Source: Promethearchaeum syntrophicum
GTDB lineage: Archaea; Asgardarchaeota; Lokiarchaeia; Sigyniarchaeales; Promethearchaeaceae
DNA: 32,000 nt
Assembly (NCBI RefSeq): GCF_008000775.2
Contig: NZ_CP042905.2
Span: 4,050,001-4,082,000, forward strand
Direction: 5' to 3'
Shown: positions 26,320 to 32,000 of the stretch, piece after piece
Layout of the letters: each line of letters opens with the position of its first letter
Numbering within the stretch: the first letter of the stretch is position 1
Notes under the pieces: generated by a model
What the model saw: the letters and a program-made list of their open reading frames with translations, nothing else
What the model was told of the DNA's origin: nothing
Databases searched by the model: none
Translations under genes and position numbers: made by a program

Positions 26320-29300
26320 ATGGTAAAGATTTCCCCTTTGGAATATATCTCGTTAAGTGGTGGCTTATTTACAGAAAATTTGATTCTAAAAATTCGAGAT
26401 AAACCGGATACATATGAGGAAACTAGGTGGAGATCATTCGGAGAAAATTGGCAAGATGAAAAGAAGAAATATAAGGAAGTATGGGAATGGGCAAAACGAA
26501 GTTATGATATTTTTTCCAAAAATATTGATGATTGGTCAGTTGAGGAAAGGTTCAGTAAATGGATAAAGCCATTGCTTGAAAAATGCGGGCATATTCCAAA
26601 GATAAAAAAGAAAATTGATATTGACAGTTTATCGGAAGATGAGAAAGATAACATACTTAACAAAATTATTATATCCCATAAGTTTGAAAATACCCAAAAA
26701 GTCGTACTTCATTGTTGTATTGATAGTAATTTAGACGATAGAACAGAATCGAATTATCAAAAAAAATCCAATCATGATCATCTTCAACGATATATACTAC
26801 TCAAGGAAATGGTAAAATGGGGGTTTTTAACTAATGGTAAGAAATTTCGTATGTTGGGAGAATTTTCTAATATTTATTCCAAGGGCTATATCGAAATTGA
26901 CTTAGATTCCATCATAATTGGGCGTAATGAATCTGAATTCAAGGTTTTTTACATGTTAATTCATTCATCAAGGTTTAATGAAACCTATGGTCTTGATGTG
27001 TCAATCTGGATGAAAAAACAAGAGAAATTATGGCAAAGTTTATTAAAACAACATCAAAAAAATCCTAAAACCGTTTACATTGATGAAATTGCGATGTCCA
27101 AAGACACTTTAAAGATCTTTAAAACGTTTCTGGACGATCTTATAAAAAAAGCTCATAAATCTGGTTTAATGTCCATAAATTCATCAGAATCTGAGAATTT
27201 CATTAAATTACTTAAAGATTCTGATATAGAACTAAGTTCACATGGAAGAGAATTTTATTTAAAGATCTTTGAAAAAATTATCTCAGACATTAATGAAAAT
27301 AAATCTGCTTTTAATCGACTTCAAGATAGAAGTCAAACTGAAGGGGTTGAAGTCGGAAAAAAATTGAGAAAAAATGTCCACAATGCATTAGAATTGATGG
27401 GGGAAGATTTAATTCAATCAAATTCACATTTTTCTGAGGATATTGTCAAGGGAGATGTTGATATTAATGAATACTTTCGGGAACTTCTACGAATTGCCTA
27501 TAGGTTAATTTTTATTTTATACGCTGAAAGTAAAGATCTTCTACCTAGTGCGAATACAATATACCAATCAGAAATCGGATTAACCGAACTCAGAAAAAAG
27601 GCAGAATTACCAATACGAACCGATCAAAATAGAGATTTGTGGGAACGATTAAAAATATTATTTAACTTCATGTATGAAGGTAACACACCACTTGGGATTA
27701 ATGCCTTTGGAGGAGATTTATTTAATCCAGATAGAACTGTTATTATAACTGGTGATAAATATGGATTAGCACTAAACAATAGTACAATACTTTCGTTAAT
27801 CCGCGAGCTAACAATTGTGGAAATTGATGGGGCATTGCAACGAATAAATTATGTAGAGATTGGTGAAGAAGAAATAGGAGGTATTTATGAATCACTATTG
27901 GATTATATGCCCAGATATGTAAAGAAAGTCAGTCGAACTTACCATTTTATTTTAGAACCTATTGATACTGAAAGAAAAGGTTCAGGAACATATTATACTC
28001 CTAAAGGACTTATTGATATTATTTTAAAAACATCCCTAAAACCCATTGTTATAAACAAGCTTCATGGATTAAAAACTAAGAAAGAGAAATTAGATGCAAT
28101 TCTAAACCTAAAAATTTGTGATCCAGCTTGTGGAGGTGGATCTTTTTTACTGTCTGCTCTTGATTATTTGGGAAAAAAATATGCTCAAATTGAATCAAAT
28201 GAGGAATTTCCTTCTGAAGTTTTCTTAAGGTATGCTCGAAGAAATGTGTTACAGCATTGTATATATGGTGTAGATTTGAATCCAATGGCAATAGAACTTG
28301 CAAAAATATCTTTATGGCTTAAAGCATCAGTAAAAAATAGACCATTAACTTTTCTTGATAATCATTTGAAATTGGGAAATTCACTTATTGGTTTTTCAAA
28401 AAAAAAAGAAATAGGATCTATTCCGATTAAATCTTACAATATTGTGATAGGGGAAAAGAAGACAGGAATTCCCAATGAAAACAGAGAAAACCTGGATAAA
28501 GCAAGAGGTCGATTAAAAACTTTTAAAATATCTTCAGAAAAAGATACTAAAAAGACTATTCAAACTACCTTACTAGAACCTTTTGAAAAATCAGATAATT
28601 TAATTAAATCAGCAGAAAAAATATATGAAATGAATGAGGATAATTTATTAGAACAAAACAGGAAAATTGAATGTTATCTAAAATTAAAAAACACAAAGAG
28701 TTATATTAATTTAAATTTACAAGCTAATTTATGGACTAGTAGTTTTTTTTGGAATTTTCGTAAAAAATTTGTAGCTATTACACCAACTGATAAAGAAATA
28801 AATTATGCAAAGAAAGGTATTCTAAAGAATAATAGTGATATTGTTATCGAGGTGGAAAGACTTGCTAAAAATTATGGCTTTTTTAATTGGTTTTTAGAAT
28901 TTCCAGAAGTTTTTCAATCAGATAATTCAGGATTTGATTGTATATTGATGAATCCCCCTTGGGATGTTTTAGTCCTTCTTGAAAATGAATTCTTTGCAGG
29001 AAAATCTGATTATATAATAAATTCTCAGAATAGAGCAGAAAGGCAACTAAAAATTAAGGAATTAAAAGAAAAAAATCGAGAATTACATGATTTGTATGTT
29101 TCAGAATTTTCAAGAATTAAAAAAACCAGTCATTATTTCAAATTTTCTAAATTCTACGAAAAATCTTCTTATGGTTCTTTAAATCTTTTTGCACTATTTA
29201 TTGAAAGATCTTTATCACTTATTAACAAATCTGGTAATATTGGTACGATTGTACCTACCACACTGATCACTGGGGATAATTTGAAATCACTCTTTCAATA

Positions 29301-30699
29301 TTTGTATTTAAAATTAAAATTAAAATATGCCTTTAATTTTATCAATCGTTTGAAAATCTTTCCAATTGGGGATAAAATACAGTTTTCTTTAATAACAATC
29401 TCTAATGAAGAAAATAAAAATATCCTTATGTCATTTTATACTTGGAAATCTCAGTTATTAAATAATTATTTAGAAATTTATGAACAAGGTCAAGAAATTG
29501 ATGAATTTAATAGAAGGATTGAAGAAGGTGGATCTTTAATATTATTGGATTCAGAGGATTTTGAGCTTTTTAACCCAAATTCAAAAACTTCACCATTGTT
29601 TCGAAGAACAAAAGATTATTTTCTTGTCAAAAAATCATACCAAAGAACAATAATTTTAGAAAAGGAAAGACATTTTTCACCTTGGAAAATAAAATTTAAT
29701 CGGATTCTGGATTCTGCTTTAGCATCTAAACATTTTAAAACAGCTAAATATCTGGAGAATAATGGATTTATAAAAAAAATATGCAAAGAAAAAGGAAGAA
29801 CATGGATCAAAAATGAGGATTCAAAAAAAAACACATACTTACCGTTATATAGTGGTTCTTCTATTTGGTTTTATGATTATAGGTATAATGAACTAATCCC
29901 TCGAGATGATAAAAAACTAAAAAAAAAAGCATTACAAGTTAAAGTTACTGAAGATAAACATAATAATAAAGAGTATTGTCACCTACCAATGTATTGGGTT
30001 AATGAAAAAGTTTTTATTGATAAAAAACCCGAGAATTGGGATAAAAAATGGTATTTTGGATACAGAGATATTTCTGGAACGGATAATGAAAGAAGTTTCA
30101 TAATTTCTGTATTTCCGCATAGTCCTTTTGTAAGTACTCTTAATGTTATAACAACAGATAAATTTAGGAATGAATTTATTTGCTTAATAGCTAACTTATC
30201 ATCAATCATCTTTGATTTTATTGCTAGGAATAAAATTTCGGGGATCCATTTCTCTCAATATATTGTTAAGCAACTACCTGTATTTCCACCAGAAGTGTAT
30301 TCAAAAGATCTCTTATTTCAAATCAAAAAAAGAGTTATAGAACTTGTTTATACATCTTCGGAAATGAATACTTTTATTACTGATTTTGGTTTCAAAGAGG
30401 AATTAAAACCTTACAACTGGAAAGAAGAGAGAAGAGAGAAATTAAAAGCAGAGTTAGATGCAATATTTTCTTTAATGTACGGTTATAATAGAGAAAACCT
30501 TCAATATATATTAAATACTTTTTCAAGATTACGAACAAATGAATTGAAATTACTTGGGGAGTTCAGAACAAAAAGACTGATCCTTGAATCTTATGATAAT
30601 TTTGATTCCGATCCAAAATTAGGACCATTATTTCGACTAGAATCTATTAATTTGAAAAAAATAAATAGCAATTATTTAGCCAGAAGTGAAATAAAATGA
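26320..30699 (+). CDS. large N6-adenine DNA methyltransferase, type IIG/Eco57I-like (DrmMI-like)
   Basis: 1,459 aa. SAM-binding motif I is 'ICDPACGGGSFLLSA' (D601 at nt 28120) and catalytic motif IV is 'LMNPPWD' (N878-P-P-W at nt 28951-28962). The start lies 1 nt after the SNF2 stop, and its stop overlaps the next gene's ATG. Confidence 0.85.
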   Translation: MVKISPLEYISLSGGLFTENLILKIRDKPDTYEETRWRSFGENWQDEKKKYKEVWEWAKRSYDIFSKNIDDWSVEERFSKWIKPLLEKCGHIPKIKKKIDIDSLSEDEKDNILNKIIISHKFENTQKVVLHCCIDSNLDDRTESNYQKKSNHDHLQRYILLKEMVKWGFLTNGKKFRMLGEFSNIYSKGYIEIDLDSIIIGRNESEFKVFYMLIHSSRFNETYGLDVSIWMKKQEKLWQSLLKQHQKNPKTVYIDEIAMSKDTLKIFKTFLDDLIKKAHKSGLMSINSSESENFIKLLKDSDIELSSHGREFYLKIFEKIISDINENKSAFNRLQDRSQTEGVEVGKKLRKNVHNALELMGEDLIQSNSHFSEDIVKGDVDINEYFRELLRIAYRLIFILYAESKDLLPSANTIYQSEIGLTELRKKAELPIRTDQNRDLWERLKILFNFMYEGNTPLGINAFGGDLFNPDRTVIITGDKYGLALNNSTILSLIRELTIVEIDGALQRINYVEIGEEEIGGIYESLLDYMPRYVKKVSRTYHFILEPIDTERKGSGTYYTPKGLIDIILKTSLKPIVINKLHGLKTKKEKLDAILNLKICDPACGGGSFLLSALDYLGKKYAQIESNEEFPSEVFLRYARRNVLQHCIYGVDLNPMAIELAKISLWLKASVKNRPLTFLDNHLKLGNSLIGFSKKKEIGSIPIKSYNIVIGEKKTGIPNENRENLDKARGRLKTFKISSEKDTKKTIQTTLLEPFEKSDNLIKSAEKIYEMNEDNLLEQNRKIECYLKLKNTKSYINLNLQANLWTSSFFWNFRKKFVAITPTDKEINYAKKGILKNNSDIVIEVERLAKNYGFFNWFLEFPEVFQSDNSGFDCILMNPPWDVLVLLENEFFAGKSDYIINSQNRAERQLKIKELKEKNRELHDLYVSEFSRIKKTSHYFKFSKFYEKSSYGSLNLFALFIERSLSLINKSGNIGTIVPTTLITGDNLKSLFQYLYLKLKLKYAFNFINRLKIFPIGDKIQFSLITISNEENKNILMSFYTWKSQLLNNYLEIYEQGQEIDEFNRRIEEGGSLILLDSEDFELFNPNSKTSPLFRRTKDYFLVKKSYQRTIILEKERHFSPWKIKFNRILDSALASKHFKTAKYLENNGFIKKICKEKGRTWIKNEDSKKNTYLPLYSGSSIWFYDYRYNELIPRDDKKLKKKALQVKVTEDKHNNKEYCHLPMYWVNEKVFIDKKPENWDKKWYFGYRDISGTDNERSFIISVFPHSPFVSTLNVITTDKFRNEFICLIANLSSIIFDFIARNKISGIHFSQYIVKQLPVFPPEVYSKDLLFQIKKRVIELVYTSSEMNTFITDFGFKEELKPYNWKEERREKLKAELDAIFSLMYGYNRENLQYILNTFSRLRTNELKLLGEFRTKRLILESYDNFDSDPKLGPLFRLESINLKKINSNYLARSEIK

Positions 30700-32000
30700 A
30701 AAATATATTCTTACAAATTAAAACAATTCAAGAGCAATATAAATCCTTTATCCGCTCTTACCAGAAATTCAACAACCCAAAAATTCGTGATTGGGTTCAC
30801 AAACAAATAGAAAGTGGAGGATTTATTTATCAGAATCCTGTCATTGATATTTCTCCCCAGTATAAGAAAGGTAAAAAACTTGAGGATTTCATCAGTGATT
30901 CCACACTTCATCAAGAGATATCGGATATATTCTGGGCGGATAAAGATAATAAATCCATCAAGATTCATCCATACATTCATCAAGAACAAGCAATTCAGAA
31001 AACGGTTGCAGAAAATAAGAATATTATCGTTAGCACGGGAACGGGTTCAGGAAAATCAATGTGTTTTTGGATCCCAATTGTTTCACATTGCTTGAATGTA
31101 AAGGGTTCCAAAGGAGTAAAGACAATTGTTATCTATCCCATGAATGCACTTGCAAATTCACAATATCTGGATATTGTAGAAAGACTTCATGGTACAGGAA
31201 TAACGGTCGCAAAATATACGGGCGAAATGAAGAACACAGAAGAGCAAGCCCGAAATTATATTCAAAATGTTATTAAACGCAATATTTTCGATAGTGAAAT
31301 TGTTTCTCGCGAAGCAGTGGAAAAGAACCCACCAGATATTCTTATAACAAATTACAAAATGCTTGAATTGTTACTCACAAGGCATTTCAACCAGAAAATT
31401 TTCCGTGATAATGAAAAGGGGACCTTAAAATTTCTGGTTTTGGATGAAATCCATACATATAGTGGAAACAGCGGTGCAGATGTCGGATGTCTGATACGAA
31501 GGACAAAAGAGAAATTAAAAATGGATAAACCTATATGTATCGGAACTAGCGCAACAATAGAAGATACATCATCAATCAAAGGCAATATCATAAAAGAATT
31601 TGCAGAGAATATTTTTGGCGAACCCTTTCCTGATGATTTTCTCATTCAAGCAGAATATCTTGAAGAAATTATTCCTTCAGAAAAAACCATAGAATTACCA
31701 GATAAATCTAAGGTTAATCCGAAAGACATTGAAAAATTTAATAATTCTATTGGAAATACACTCCCGTTAGCAAAATCCCTTGTGAAATCAGAAGAAATCA
31801 TCCCTTCCTCACCTAATGAAAAGAATCTTGGCGAAATTTTCCAATATCATCCCACACTCGCTTTTATTAAGACACAAATTCGAGATACAGGACCTCAAAC
31901 AATTGAAAACATAGCAACTCTCTACCAAAAGTTGCAACGCAAGACCTTATCGATCGATGAATGTATTTTAGAGATAAAAGCAGGGTTATTGGTGGGTACA
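30696..32000 (+). CDS. DEAD/DEAH-box helicase, YprA/COG1205-like (DrmA-like); partial, continues beyond the window
   Basis: Not in the ORF track because there is no stop in the window. The frame is open for all 435 codons from ATG 30696 (ATGA overlap with the methyltransferase stop). My translation is MKNIFLQIKTIQEQYKSFIRSYQKFNNPKIRDWV...VSTGTGSGKSMCFWIPIV (Walker A, K120)...VIYPMNALANSQ...KFLVLDEIHTYSG (DEIH, D250)...CIGTSATI. Confidence 0.8.
   Translation, partial: MKNIFLQIKTIQEQYKSFIRSYQKFNNPKIRDWVHKQIESGGFIYQNPVIDISPQYKKGKKLEDFISDSTLHQEISDIFWADKDNKSIKIHPYIHQEQAIQKTVAENKNIIVSTGTGSGKSMCFWIPIVSHCLNVKGSKGVKTIVIYPMNALANSQYLDIVERLHGTGITVAKYTGEMKNTEEQARNYIQNVIKRNIFDSEIVSREAVEKNPPDILITNYKMLELLLTRHFNQKIFRDNEKGTLKFLVLDEIHTYSGNSGADVGCLIRRTKEKLKMDKPICIGTSATIEDTSSIKGNIIKEFAENIFGEPFPDDFLIQAEYLEEIIPSEKTIELPDKSKVNPKDIEKFNNSIGNTLPLAKSLVKSEEIIPSSPNEKNLGEIFQYHPTLAFIKTQIRDTGPQTIENIATLYQKLQRKTLSIDECILEIKAGLLVGT

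Noticed and set aside
30711-31645. Track ORFs 30711-30989(-), 30814-31095(+), 31061-31276(+) and 31352-31645(-)
   Set aside because: They overlap a frame that is open for all 435 codons from 30696 to the window end and encodes clear helicase motifs (GTGSGKS, DEIH, SAT). That ORF is missing from the track only because it has no stop in the window.

Overview
AT-rich archaeal chromosomal segment; the archaeal assignment rests on prefoldin beta, fibrillarin/Nop5, Elp3 and PyrD/PyrK, and the lineage cannot be placed without a database search. Positions 1-12 kb carry ordinary housekeeping genes: prefoldin beta (partial), a putative regulator, an HTH protein, RNase HII, an SDR, a hotdog thioesterase, a Rieske protein, fibrillarin, Nop5, PyrD/PyrK and Elp3. 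Positions 12-32 kb look like an accessory or defence island with two divergently transcribed gene sets. (1) A tightly packed minus-strand cassette of 108 aa, about 760 aa, 61 aa and 2,090 aa. The C-terminal ~500 aa of the giant protein has the split RuvC layout of TnpB/Cas12 nucleases with an apparently intact D-E-D triad and a degenerate, insertion-bearing zinc ribbon. Its N-terminal ~1,550 aa and the three partner proteins match nothing I recognise. No CRISPR array, cas1/cas2 or transposase is visible in the window. A GC-richer intergenic stretch full of short repeats and hairpins lies just downstream, where TnpB-type guide RNAs are normally encoded. This cassette is my best candidate for an undescribed system. 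(2) A plus-strand operon of SNF2 helicase, a 1,459-aa N6-adenine methyltransferase and a DEAD/DEAH helicase that runs off the window. It matches the DrmD-DrmMI-DrmA part of class 1 DISARM. A 20-bp tandem repeat with an inverted arm sits in the shared divergent promoter region. All calls come from reading the ORF translations and the sequence by eye; no homology search was possible.
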